From an uncultured Latescibacterota bacterium (GTDB taxonomy: Bacteria; Latescibacterota; UBA2968), in contig OY282377.1 in assembly GCA_958295785.1 (NCBI GenBank), positions 198,394 to 262,393 on the forward strand: DNA of 64,000 nt, in the 5' to 3' direction. Position 1 is the first letter of the stretch, and each line of letters opens with the position of its first letter. The position numbers and the translations under genes are program-made. The notes beneath the pieces are model-generated. The model was given only the letters and a program-made list of their open reading frames with translations, was not told where the DNA came from and made no database searches. Positions 30,701 to 37,125 of this stretch are shown here, in pieces.

Positions 30701-31484
30701 AGGTCTCGTCGCGCTCGTAGTCATAGGTTATGCCTGTCCGCGTGCGAATCTGCCCGGTGCGTGCGTCAATGTCAAAACTGTCCGCATCTGCCCCACTCAG
30801 GCTGTACGCGAGGATGTGGAGATCCGGCACGGAAATTGGATCGCCCACAGGCTCAGCGGCTGGCGCATTCTCATCTAGCGTGCGCGTGAGGGTTGTGCGC
30901 GCAAACAGGGTCACGCTCACGGCAATGTTTTGCGTTGCCCGCAAGCCCGCCTCGTCAATTGCCATCACGGTGACAGTCGCGCTGCCCACCCCCACCGGCA
31001 CTATCGCCACCACAGCATCTGACACGCGCACGGTTGCAATGGCATCATCATCCGACGAGGCCGTATAGCGCAACACATCGCCATTGGCATCGTAGAAATA
31101 CTCCGCCACATCCACGCGCACAGCATCACCGCCCACATGCACTTGACGCGCGGAAATCGCCTCCACCGGCGCGGGCGCGACTTGCCCAAAATATTGGGTA
31201 TAGATCAAAAAATCTCGAACCCCAATCTCGCCATCGCCATTGAGATCAAACCGATCTTCATACCCCGCATCGCCTCGGCGCGTCCCGAACTTGCTCGTCA
31301 GCAGCGAAAAGTCGTCAAAATCCACAACGCCATTGCCGTCAAAATCGGGATTGAAGGGCAAAGGCGAAAGCGCGTCTTCGCCGGACAAAAACCCCTCAAA
31401 CGGATGGAGCAGCAGAGCGATTGATAAAATCAAAATCAACCTCTGCGCTCGCAAACAGGACATGCGAAGTCGCAACTTACGCAT
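21759..31484 (-). CDS. giant secreted multi-domain adhesin-like protein (dockerin-like, cadherin-like, FN3-like, Calx-beta-like x11, LRR x3)
   Basis: Uninterrupted 3248-codon ORF. AGGAGG lies 7 nt upstream of ATG 31484 (MRKLRLRMSCLRAQRLILILSIALLL). Domain calls come from recognisable repeats: DxDxNG EF-hand pairs, SFDID..TGQI.T...YDYE cadherin-like, TITDDD-terminated Calx-beta-like units, and LxxLxLxxNxL LRRs. Confidence 0.9.
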   Translation of the reverse strand: MRKLRLRMSCLRAQRLILILSIALLLHPFEGFLSGEDALSPLPFNPDFDGNGVVDFDDFSLLTSKFGTRRGDAGYEDRFDLNGDGEIGVRDFLIYTQYFGQVAPAPVEAISARQVHVGGDAVRVDVAEYFYDANGDVLRYTASSDDDAIATVRVSDAVVAIVPVGVGSATVTVMAIDEAGLRATQNIAVSVTLFARTTLTRTLDENAPAAEPVGDPISVPDLHILAYSLSGADADSFDIDARTGQIRTRTGITYDYERDETFSLNVVATDGDNADSIAVTIAVKDVNEPPSLPPSNLSVQPGDQSLTAHFHAARDEPGKPPVQGYHAEIRTGEEGDWVNRKTIYGRTNNSAFYEDLGQVPRYHDPSLQNGQLYQIRVRTWNAEGESDWAEPVSGTPVYVPPRNRTYARFEDGDNASRIELSRFTGEGGKIVVTKEALAPDIRDAVEEVFAEVTVVSNVPAVSAQAGFAIAGSASIFDITLKARLADDEEVNIGGDLRTPVEICLPVPEGISNPVIIYYKETWEMLETQRVDGNAICAHAANFSYYGVGSAFNDVPKFANSTPPLSIPENTAAGQNIGNPVTATDRDGGTLIYSLEGMDAASFDIDPNTGQIKTQTGVTYNYEVKNSYSVKVKVVDGQGGSATISVTINLTDVDGEAPGKPVAPSVSMASSTSLTVTWTTPTNTGPPITDYDVQYRVGNSGAFTDWPHSSTGLTTTITSLTANTGYEVRVRATNNEGTGDWSDSGSGTTFSVPALLINSPSVAEGNTGSVTLRFTVTLSPASGQQVTVAYSDAGTGTATLGTDYTALTAGTLTFTAGQTSKTIDVSVTGDALDEPNETVIVQLSNPSNATIATATGTGTITDDDPKPTVMLALSSTSISENGGSTTVTATLNRASSAITTITVSAAPGTNAVAGDFMLSTDKTLTIAAGQTTSTGTVTITANNNNVNTPDKSVTVSATAQNSQGITAPANVTLTITDDDGTPTVTLALSSMSISENGGSTTVTATLNRASSAITTITVSAAPGTNAVAGDFMLSTDKTLTIAAGQTTSTGTVTISAVNNDQDEPDKSVTVSGSANNSQGITDPSSVTLTITDDDAKPTVTLALSSMSISENGGSTTVTATLNRASSAITTITVSAAPGTNAVANDFMLSSSNTLTIAAGQTTSTGTVTISAVNNDQDEPDKSVTVSGSANNSQGITDPSSVTLTITDDDPKPSVTLALSSMSISENGGSTTVTATLNRASSAVTTITVSVAPGTNAVANDFMLSTDKTLTIAAGQTTSTGTVTITANNNNVNAPDKSVTVSATAQNSQGITAPANVTLTITDDDGAPTVTLALSSMSISENGGSTTVTATLNRASSAVTTITVSAAPGTNAVAGDFTLSSSKTLTIAAGQTTSTGTVTITANNNNVNTPDKSVTVSATAQNSQGITAPANVTLTITDDDGTPSVTLALSSTSISENGGSTTVTATLNRASSAVTTITVTATPGANTVANDFMLSTDKTLTIAAGQTTSTGTVTISAVNNDQDEPDKSVTVSGSANNSQGITDPSSVTLTITDDDGTPTVTLALSSTSISENGGSTTVTATLNRASSAVTTITVSAAPGTNAVANDFMLSTDKTLTIAAGQTTSTGTVTITANNNNVNAPDKSVTVSATAQNSQGVNAPSNVTLTITDDDGTPSVTLALSSTSISENGGSTTVTATLNRASSAITTITVSAAPGTNAVAGDFMLSSNKTLTIAAGQTASTGTVTISANNNNVNAPDKSVTVSATAQNSQGITAPANVTLTITDDDGAPTVTLALSSTSISENGGSTTVTATLNRASSAVTTITVTATPGANTVANDFMLSTDKTLTIAAGQTTSTGTVTISAVNNDQDEPDKSVTVSGSANNSQGITDPSSVTLTITDDDGTPTVTLALSSTSISENGGSTTVTATLNRASSAVTTITVTATPGANTVAGDFMLSSNKTLTIAAGQTTSTGTVTISAVNNNVNAPDKSVTVSATAQNSQGVTNPANVTLTIRNDDVVTAGICGRTQVVQDTILAKIVGQSNCAQVTATHLSGITGILDFRHKSITALKAGDFSGLSSLNVLRIDQNNLTTLPAGIFSDLSSLRTLRLHRNELNTLPSKAFSNLSNLDRLTLNNNRLQTLPDSMFFGLSGLTRLELHNNVGSDFTLTLVLERTDNADLNASGPATVAVKVAEGAPFDMTVNLSVTGGTLSNTMATISKGNIESGPITVTQSGGSSVEISLGTAPTVPSTYQGIATAVGNPLTLWAPGICGRTTAVSNAIVSAVNGVSDCALVTDTHLQSVTGTMDLSNQTLSTLQMGDFSGLSNLKTLWLYDNRLSTLPDTVFASLSNLRFLSLYRNRLTTLPDTVFASLDSLKTLHLNDNRLSTLPDTVFAGMDSLQTLLMDNNTLSTLPDTAFYDLPHLQTLHLNSNRLTALPDSAFKGLDSLQTLRLNDNTLSALPDSAFKGLSNLKILYLNSNMLRALPDSAFKRLDNLQTLHLNDNRLTALPDSAFKGLDNLRSLHLNDNALNALPDSAFKRLSHLQILNLNDNSLTALPDSAFKGLSNLQSLNLASNSLNALPDGVFKGLSSLNRLNLSSNPGSDFVFTLVLERTDNASLTASGPATLKVKVAQGAPFDMSVGLSITGGTLSSEKATIAKGNTESAPITVTQVGGMVATVRLGERPGVPAGYDGIQTALGNSLILFGTVANRAPESVGAIGDVTVAMGGSAASVDVASAFSDPDSDALTFGATASVPSLASLSATGSVVTITPLSAGIATVTVTATDPDGLSATQTFSLTVTNNAPTVQASIPDMTALVNTAFTYAFPQNTFNDANGDVLTYTSRGLPAWLTFTPATRTFSGTPSNATGSPFAITVVANDGKGGRVQTTFTLSVAAGICTRTTQVQTALLAVISDAGTCTGVTDAHLAGVVDSLNLRYVAAPGVQRITTLKATDFAGLSNLKILNFYDQGLTSLPAGVFDDLSSLRFLSLYSNALTALSADVFDDLSSLRFLSLDDNSVTSLPANAFSNLPQLQTLSLSDNGLTALSAGVLDSLSNLRELLLDNNALTALPAGVLDSLSQLQILGLNDNSLAALPSGAFSNLSHLRVLNLKTNSLSTLPNGVFTGLDSLMILDLSGNTGAPFALTLALERTDNTNLNAAGPAAIVVKIAHGAPFDMTVALSATDGTLADEDGMTISQVTIPRGSAESDPITVTQTGMNQTAITMGSAPAVPTGYRGITIAVGGSITLF
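22085..22665 (-). repeat. LRR block 3 of giant gene (about 8 x 72 bp; approximate bounds)
   Basis: FAGLSNLKILNFYDQGLTSLPAGVFDDLSSLRFLSLYSNALTAL... with a 24-aa periodicity. Confidence 0.7.
23690..24600 (-). repeat. LRR block 2 of giant gene (about 13 x 72 bp; approximate bounds)
   Basis: Repeated ...LSTLPDTVFASLSNLRFLSLYRNRLTTLPDTVFASLDSLKTLHLNDNR... units. These generate the periodic antisense ORFs 23796..24845(+). Confidence 0.75.
25002..25325 (-). repeat. LRR block 1 of giant gene (about 5 x 72 bp; approximate bounds)
   Basis: FSGLSSLNVLRIDQNNLTTLPAGIFSDLSSLRTLRLHRNELNTLPSKAF... Confidence 0.7.
25446..28895 (-). repeat. 10 tandem 345-bp (115-aa) Calx-beta-like coding repeats
   Basis: Ten consecutive units [KT]P[TS]V[TM]LALSS[MT]SISENGGSTTVTATLNRASSA...TLTITDDD. 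Boundaries were set from the DDD codons at 28896-28904 and 25446-25451, giving a span of exactly 3450 bp. Confidence 0.9.
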
Positions 31485-31589
31485 GTTGTTTCCTCCTCGT
31501 GACATCCCATCATTTAGCAGGTATTTCAGTCTTTCACCAATATAACATTTTCATCCAAAATACAAGCAAAGATACGAAGCAGCCATTGA

Positions 31590-31629
31590 CCATCACAAAC
31601 AAATAACCCCCGAAAAATCGGGGGTTATT
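31590..31629 (-). terminator. rho-independent terminator after the propeller-like gene, separating it from the giant gene
   Basis: 11-bp perfect stem AATAACCCCCG (31602-12) / CGGGGGTTATT (31619-29) with a 6-nt loop. The minus strand continues TTTGTTTGTG. Confidence 0.75.
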
Positions 31630-31651
31630 CACTGCGGTCGTGACCCGCTGT

Positions 31652-32359
31652 CTATCGCCACGAAATTTTAGCAACCCATCCCGAGGTGGCGTCGCAATAC
31701 AAAAACCCATCCTCACATACAGACAGCCCGTGGGGTTCGGGATGGGGTTCGGGCACCTCGATGCGATCCAGTTCTGCATTGCTCGCCAAATCCAACTTGA
31801 CGATCACCCGATGCCCGGTGTGGACCACCCAAATCGCATCATCTTCCAGGCGCACCACCCCGTGCGCGCGCGGCAAAGGCAGTTTTAAGGTGCGAATCAC
31901 AGACCAATTTTCAATCCGCATCTGCGTCAGGGTCTGTTCTTTCAAGGTCGTCAGCCAAAGCGTGCCCGGTTCAATCGCGTCGTATTCGATACCGTGCGTG
32001 CCTCCGCCGGTGGGCAATGCCCAGCGAGCCTGCGTGTCGCCGGTTTGGGGATCCACGCGCAAAACATCGCCTTGAAGCGCGTCTTTTGCACGCGGCAGGC
32101 GCCAGCGTTTGCCCGGCCCATTGGCAGCCAGCCACAAGGAGCCATCGCCCGCGGCCATGCCACTGGTATTTGACGATTCGGACGGAATATCCCGCAACAA
32201 TCGCCGATTGCCGTAATAATCGTCCGCGTCTTCGTCCATGCTCATCAACGCCACGCGGTCGGTCACTTGATCGACGAGCCACAACCCCTCGTCTGTCAGT
32301 TGCAACCCGTTTGGCACGCCATAAGGTGCTCGAAATTGATTCTCAATTTTCACGTTCAT
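31652..32359 (-). CDS. hypothetical protein, probably beta-propeller-like
   Basis: 235-aa ORF MNVKIENQFRAPYGVPNGLQLTDEGLWLVDQVTDRV...; the recurring hydrophobic-W/strand pattern suggests a propeller. I do not recognise a family. Confidence 0.5.
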   Translation of the reverse strand: MNVKIENQFRAPYGVPNGLQLTDEGLWLVDQVTDRVALMSMDEDADDYYGNRRLLRDIPSESSNTSGMAAGDGSLWLAANGPGKRWRLPRAKDALQGDVLRVDPQTGDTQARWALPTGGGTHGIEYDAIEPGTLWLTTLKEQTLTQMRIENWSVIRTLKLPLPRAHGVVRLEDDAIWVVHTGHRVIVKLDLASNAELDRIEVPEPHPEPHGLSVCEDGFLYCDATSGWVAKISWR

Positions 32360-32579
32360 GATGCAATCTCCTAAGTTAACAAACAGCCTGTAAATACGCC
32401 GGTCGCCAAGGGTACGAGTGCTTGATCCAGATGGATGGGGATGGGCTGATTGTGGACAGCCGGCTGGTGCAAGCGTTCGTCAGCAATTGTGCGCCGGACG
32501 AGTTGGTAGTGTGGTCTTGGGTTGAACAAAAAAAAGAAACAACTGTCAACTCTTGGAAGCAAACGGGGATGTGCGTGGA

Positions 32580-32673
32580 CGTGCGAATCTGCCCGGTGCG
32601 TGCGTCAATGTCAAAACTGTCCGCATCTGCCCCGCCGCGTCGTATTCGATACCGTGCGTGCCTCCGCCGGTGG
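32580..32673. pseudogene. duplication scar: 54-bp fragment of giant gene + GC + 38-bp fragment of propeller-like gene
   Basis: 32580-32633 equals 30741-30794 and 32636-32673 equals 31976-32013, by direct string comparison. Confidence 0.8.
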
Positions 32674-32686
32674 CCGGCGGCCTCAC

Positions 32687-34051
32687 CTACCTGTTCAACG
32701 TGAACGTCCCTGTCCATATCGGGTCTTCCCCTGGTATGAACTGGCCGGTCCGGATACTGGTGATCTTGTAATCCGGGAGTGGTCTGATCACCAGACACTT
32801 CCCGCCAAAGCGCCTGCCACCGTCCCAGCGAAAGTGAAAGTCAAGGTTGTCGAAACCGTGTTGCTTGCGGACAGCGGGAAGGTCATTGGTGTCGGCGGGG
32901 ATGATGTGCAAAAAGAAGCGTGGCTCTGTATCCGCCGGAGCGCATGGCTCCTTGACGTAGGTCAACTCGTTCTCGATGAGATAGACGTCAAAACTGGAGC
33001 GGACGACCGGCTCGCCGGCCGTGATTGACCGGTATGCTTCCTCAATGGCGGCAGTTTTGGCCATGATGTTGAAATACTGAAAAAACATCACCCCGATACT
33101 GCCTACAATGACCAGATAGCAGGTCATCATCAAGAATGGAATCCGTCCGCCCAGCAGCTTCAGGCGGGTGAATGGCGCCCGTGAGATTGCCGCGAACCGT
33201 CCCTGAGCCAGCGCGAGCTCCAGACAATAGAAAAGACAGCCGACGCCGAACAGATACTCGCGCACCTCGAACAGGCTTCCACGCACTTGATGCGGGCTTC
33301 CAAAACTGACGTTAACATGGTAGTTCACATAAGAGAGAGCCAAAACGAGCGCCAGGGTTGCAGCGGAAGCAATGACCAATTCGACTTGCCTTGAAAACAA
33401 GGCGAAGATGAGAAAGAGCAGTAGCATCCCCCCCCTCTCATTAACCACAAAAAATCCGAAGGATATTCTGATACTCATTACGTATTCGTGGAGGTTCGCT
33501 CCTGAGAGTTCTTTGAGGTATGTTCCTGATGTATAGGAAAGTATTAGCAGAAAGCCCAGCATCAGCAGGATTGACGGCAACGGAATCCCGAAAAGCCGGT
33601 CTTTCCGGCAAAAGAAAGCCGCGCAGGTTGCCATGCACAGGATCAGCGTGCCATTCAAGTAGATAATGTCAAACACACTATTGGCGATATTGTGGACATT
33701 GAATTCTTTCGACTCATTCAAGGACATCAAGAAATCGGGCGTCGCAAACCCGAAGATGCGCTGCCCCCAACTGATTTCCTCCCCGGCGGCAAACACCATC
33801 GCCATACCGCCCAGGATATAGACGCCGCGCCGGAAGAGACTCGGCTTCCGCCAGGCCGTGCCGAACAGCAGGAAGCCCGCCAGGAGAAACCATACTGCGG
33901 TGAGATTCTCCACCCACTCGTCTTCCCGGGTCAACGCATAGAATGTCCACGGGTCGGCAACGAGGAGAGAAGTAAAGAAAAGCACGTTCAGACACAGACA
34001 GAGGTAACCTAAAACAGAAACCTTGTTGTCAAGACCCTTTTCGGGGCTCAT
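32687..34051 (-). CDS. polytopic membrane protein with conserved C-terminal soluble domain (possible glycan polymerase/GT-C-like), paralog 1
   Basis: 454 aa with about 10 hydrophobic helices. The C-terminal 120 aa (AIEEAYRSITAGEPVV...FFLHIIPADTNDLPAVRKQHGFDNLDF...) is nearly identical to paralog 2. Sits next to the flippase and GT genes. Confidence 0.6.
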   Translation of the reverse strand: MSPEKGLDNKVSVLGYLCLCLNVLFFTSLLVADPWTFYALTREDEWVENLTAVWFLLAGFLLFGTAWRKPSLFRRGVYILGGMAMVFAAGEEISWGQRIFGFATPDFLMSLNESKEFNVHNIANSVFDIIYLNGTLILCMATCAAFFCRKDRLFGIPLPSILLMLGFLLILSYTSGTYLKELSGANLHEYVMSIRISFGFFVVNERGGMLLLFLIFALFSRQVELVIASAATLALVLALSYVNYHVNVSFGSPHQVRGSLFEVREYLFGVGCLFYCLELALAQGRFAAISRAPFTRLKLLGGRIPFLMMTCYLVIVGSIGVMFFQYFNIMAKTAAIEEAYRSITAGEPVVRSSFDVYLIENELTYVKEPCAPADTEPRFFLHIIPADTNDLPAVRKQHGFDNLDFHFRWDGGRRFGGKCLVIRPLPDYKITSIRTGQFIPGEDPIWTGTFTLNR

Positions 34052-34060
34052 ACGCGCTCC

Positions 34061-34478
34061 TTATGGGTTCTGCTGTAAACGGCGGCTTTGCCGCAGGGTT
34101 GAGATTATGAAGGGGATTAAAATTAGGGCAATGACGCCGTAGTAGGTCGTATTGGCCCAGGCCGCGCCCTCCGCGCCGCGCAGGGGAACCAGCCAGTGGA
34201 AGTGGGCGGTTAGGGATTGGTCGCCCGGCTGGACGGACAAATTAGAGGGCGGCAATGAGGGCGGTTCGTTCACATCCTTGACGGCGATGGTCACGGCGAT
34301 GCTGTCTGCGTTGTCCCCATCGGTTGCGACCACGTTGAGGGAAAAGGTCTCGTCGCGCTCGTAGTCATAGGTTATGCCTGTCCGCGTGCGAATCTGCCCG
34401 GTGCGTGCGTCAATGTCAAAACTGTCCGCATCTGCCCCGCCGCGTCGTATTCGATACCATGCGTGCCTCCGCCGGTGG
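34061..34478. pseudogene. duplication scar: flippase 3' end (135 bp) + giant-gene fragment (243 bp) + GC + propeller-gene fragment (38 bp)
   Basis: 34061-34195 equals 35800-35934. 34196-34438 equals 30552-30794. 34441-34478 equals 31976-32013 with 1 mismatch. The tracked ORF 34061..34603(-) is an in-frame cadherin-fragment/flippase-tail chimera. Confidence 0.8.
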
Positions 34479-34491
34479 CCGGCGGCCTCAC

Positions 34492-35790
34492 CTACCTGTT
34501 CAACGTGAACGTCCCTATCCATATCGGGTCTTCCCCTGGTATGAACTGACCGGTCCGGATACTGGTGATCTTGTAATCCGGGAGTGGTCTGATTGCCAGA
34601 CATTTCCCGCCAAAGCGCCTGCCACCGTCCCAGCGAAAGTCAAGGTTGTCGAAACCGTGTTGCTTGCGGACAGCGGGAAGGTCATTGGTGTCGGCGGGGA
34701 TGATGTGCAAAAAGAAGCGTGGCTCTGTATCCGCCGGAGCGCATGGCTCCTTGACGTAGGCCAACTCGTTCTCGATGAGATAGACGTCAAAACTGGAGCG
34801 GACGACCGGCTCGCCGGCCGTGATGGACCGGTATGCCTCCTCAATGGCGGCAGTTTTGGCCATAGCGTTGAAATACTGAAAAAACATCAACCCGATACTG
34901 CCGGCAATGACCAGGGAGCAGGTCATCAGCCACCAGGGAATCCGCCAGCCCGGCAGTTTCAAGCTGCGGAGTGGCGCCGGCGCGATTGCCGCTAACCGTC
35001 CCGGCGCCAGCTCCAGAGCATAGAACAGGCAGCCGAGGCCGAACAGATACTCCCGTGTCTCCTGTATCTTGGGCCACCGGGCGATACTCTGGTCGTACAC
35101 ACTATGGTAGTTCACATAGGAGAGAGCAAAAACGAGGGCCAGGGTCGCCACGACCGCAATGACCAATTTGATTTGTCGCGAAAACAGGGCGAAGCTGAGC
35201 AAGAGCAGCAGCAGCCCACTCTCCTTGAATACAGTAAAGTGTAATAAATCTCTGAGGCCCGATCCTGAGTGATGGGAAAGTATCACCAGAAAGCCCAGCG
35301 TCAGCAGGATTGACGGGAAGGGAATCCCCAAAAGCCGGTCTTTCCGAAAAAAGAAAGCCGCGCTGGTTGCCAGACACAGTAGGAACGCGCCGTTCCGGTA
35401 GATGCGGTCAAACCCTCGATCGCTGAGATTGTGGACATTGAATTCTTTCTGATAATTCAAGGGCAGCAGGAATTCGGGCGTCGCAAACCCGAAGATGCGC
35501 TGCCCCCAACTGATTTCCTCCCCGGCGGCAAACACCATCGCCATACCGCCCAGGATATAGACGCAACGCCGAAAGAAGCTCCGCTCCATCCAAGCCGTGC
35601 CGAACAGCAAGAGGCCCGCCAGGAGAAACCATACTGCGGTGAGATTCTCCACCCAGTCGTCTTCCCGGGTCAGCGCCCGGAAGGTATCCAGGTCGGTAGC
35701 GATGAGAAAGCTGAAGAAAAATACGTTCAGACTCAGAAAGAGGTAACCTAAAACAGAAACCTTGTTGTCAAGACCCTTTTCGGGGCTCAT
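34492..35790 (-). CDS. polytopic membrane protein, paralog 2 of 32687..34051
   Basis: 432 aa. The first 17 codons and the last ~125 codons are nearly identical to paralog 1, while the central TM region is divergent. Confidence 0.6.
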   Translation of the reverse strand: MSPEKGLDNKVSVLGYLFLSLNVFFFSFLIATDLDTFRALTREDDWVENLTAVWFLLAGLLLFGTAWMERSFFRRCVYILGGMAMVFAAGEEISWGQRIFGFATPEFLLPLNYQKEFNVHNLSDRGFDRIYRNGAFLLCLATSAAFFFRKDRLLGIPFPSILLTLGFLVILSHHSGSGLRDLLHFTVFKESGLLLLLLSFALFSRQIKLVIAVVATLALVFALSYVNYHSVYDQSIARWPKIQETREYLFGLGCLFYALELAPGRLAAIAPAPLRSLKLPGWRIPWWLMTCSLVIAGSIGLMFFQYFNAMAKTAAIEEAYRSITAGEPVVRSSFDVYLIENELAYVKEPCAPADTEPRFFLHIIPADTNDLPAVRKQHGFDNLDFRWDGGRRFGGKCLAIRPLPDYKITSIRTGQFIPGEDPIWIGTFTLNR

Positions 35791-35799
35791 ACGCGCTCC

Positions 35800-37119
35800 T
35801 TATGGGTTCTGCTGTAAACGGCGGCTTTGCCGCAGGGTTGAGATTATGAAGGGGATTAAAATTAGGGCAATGACGCCGTAGTAGGTCGTATTGGCCCAGG
35901 CCGCGCCCTCCGCGCCGCGCAGGGGAACCAGCCATACGATGAGGGCGACAAAAACCGCCAAACCGCCCATTTCCGCCGCCAGCAACGGCCAGACGCGCCC
36001 AACCGCCGCCGGCAGCGCGGTAAGCGCGGAAATGCTGTTAAGGGCGAAGGCGCCGAAAATCATAATCAGCATTAGGGGGGCGACGCCTGAGAACTCCTCT
36101 CCCAGTAAGAAATAGGCTATGGGTTGATGGAAGATGGCAAGTAGCCCGAATAGCACTACCGCCAACGCGAATGACGCCAGGCTGAACAGCAACGAGGTGC
36201 GGCGCAGTGCCCCGCCTTGGCGCGAGTACCATTGTTTGCTGTATTGGAGTTGCACGCCATCCTTTAGCGGCTGAAACGGATAGTGTCCGGTGTCGGTAAT
36301 CTGCCTGGCCGCGCGGTACAATCCGACGTCAGCCGCGCCGGTAAATTGGGCTATCAGTAGCGTATCTATATTATAGGCCAATGCCGAGAAGGTGGATCTC
36401 CCGAATGCTCCGGCCTGGAAGCGCACCACGTCAGGCGGGACCTTGAGCGATGATGAGCGCAGGAAGCCAGATATCCCCGCCCGCGGCGCCGATACTGTGG
36501 CGGCAACGAGCATCCCGACCCCGCTCACCGCGACGCCTGCGATATGCGCCAAGACCACCTCGAACAGTCCGCCCCCGTTCAACCATACGATTCCGAGCAG
36601 GGCGACCCGGGTCAGAACGCCCGCCAGAGTGATTGCCAAACCCAGGGATACCCGGTCGGACAACCGCAGGACCGCCAGGCTTTCGGTTCGCGTAGCCAGG
36701 AAGATGCCCACAACGCCGTACATAAGCACTATGTCCCGGTGGGCGTCCTCGATCCTCAACAGGCTGCCTGCCATGAGAACAATGACCGCAATAACGGCGT
36801 AGGCGATGAGCGACAATCCCAGAGACACGACCATCGTGAAACGCAGTATGCGGGATGCCTCATCCGGCCGCTTCTCCTCCACGGCGCGGGTTACGAAGGC
36901 TGTGACGGCTTCACCGCCCGGCACGGCCAATAGGAGGTGGACGAGGAAGGCTACGGCGATGATGACAGCCAGGACGCCGAAACCTTCCGGTCCGAGAATC
37001 CGGGCGGAGATGGCTATCTGGGCCAGTCCGCCCAAGATCTGGACCGCCGTAATGGCGCCCATCTGAAGGGTCTGCCGTGCTACGCGCCTGTCCGAGGACG
37101 ATAGCAACTGGGTAAGCAT
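35800..37119 (-). CDS. oligosaccharide flippase (Wzx/MOP-superfamily polysaccharide biosynthesis protein)
   Basis: 439 aa with about 12-14 TM helices. Has the typical N-terminal ...GAITAVQILGGLAQIAISARILGPEGFG and lies in a glycan gene context. Confidence 0.7.
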   Translation of the reverse strand: MLTQLLSSSDRRVARQTLQMGAITAVQILGGLAQIAISARILGPEGFGVLAVIIAVAFLVHLLLAVPGGEAVTAFVTRAVEEKRPDEASRILRFTMVVSLGLSLIAYAVIAVIVLMAGSLLRIEDAHRDIVLMYGVVGIFLATRTESLAVLRLSDRVSLGLAITLAGVLTRVALLGIVWLNGGGLFEVVLAHIAGVAVSGVGMLVAATVSAPRAGISGFLRSSSLKVPPDVVRFQAGAFGRSTFSALAYNIDTLLIAQFTGAADVGLYRAARQITDTGHYPFQPLKDGVQLQYSKQWYSRQGGALRRTSLLFSLASFALAVVLFGLLAIFHQPIAYFLLGEEFSGVAPLMLIMIFGAFALNSISALTALPAAVGRVWPLLAAEMGGLAVFVALIVWLVPLRGAEGAAWANTTYYGVIALILIPFIISTLRQSRRLQQNP

Positions 37120-37125
37120 CTTTGC

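Noticed and set aside
32360-32579. 220-bp unassigned segment whose plus strand reads ...LIQMDGDGLIVDSRLVQAFVSNCAPDELVVWSWVEQ...
   Set aside because: It has no start or RBS context, no recognisable family, and abuts a duplication scar. It is possibly a remnant of an unknown gene, but I cannot support any call.
32376-32798. Tracked ORFs 32376..32798(-) and 34061..34603(-) as real genes encoding cadherin-like peptides
   Set aside because: Their N-terminal halves are out-of-frame read-through of the membrane-protein 3' ends. The recognisable parts are exact fragments of other genes with no plausible start. I treat them as duplication scars and report them as a finding instead.
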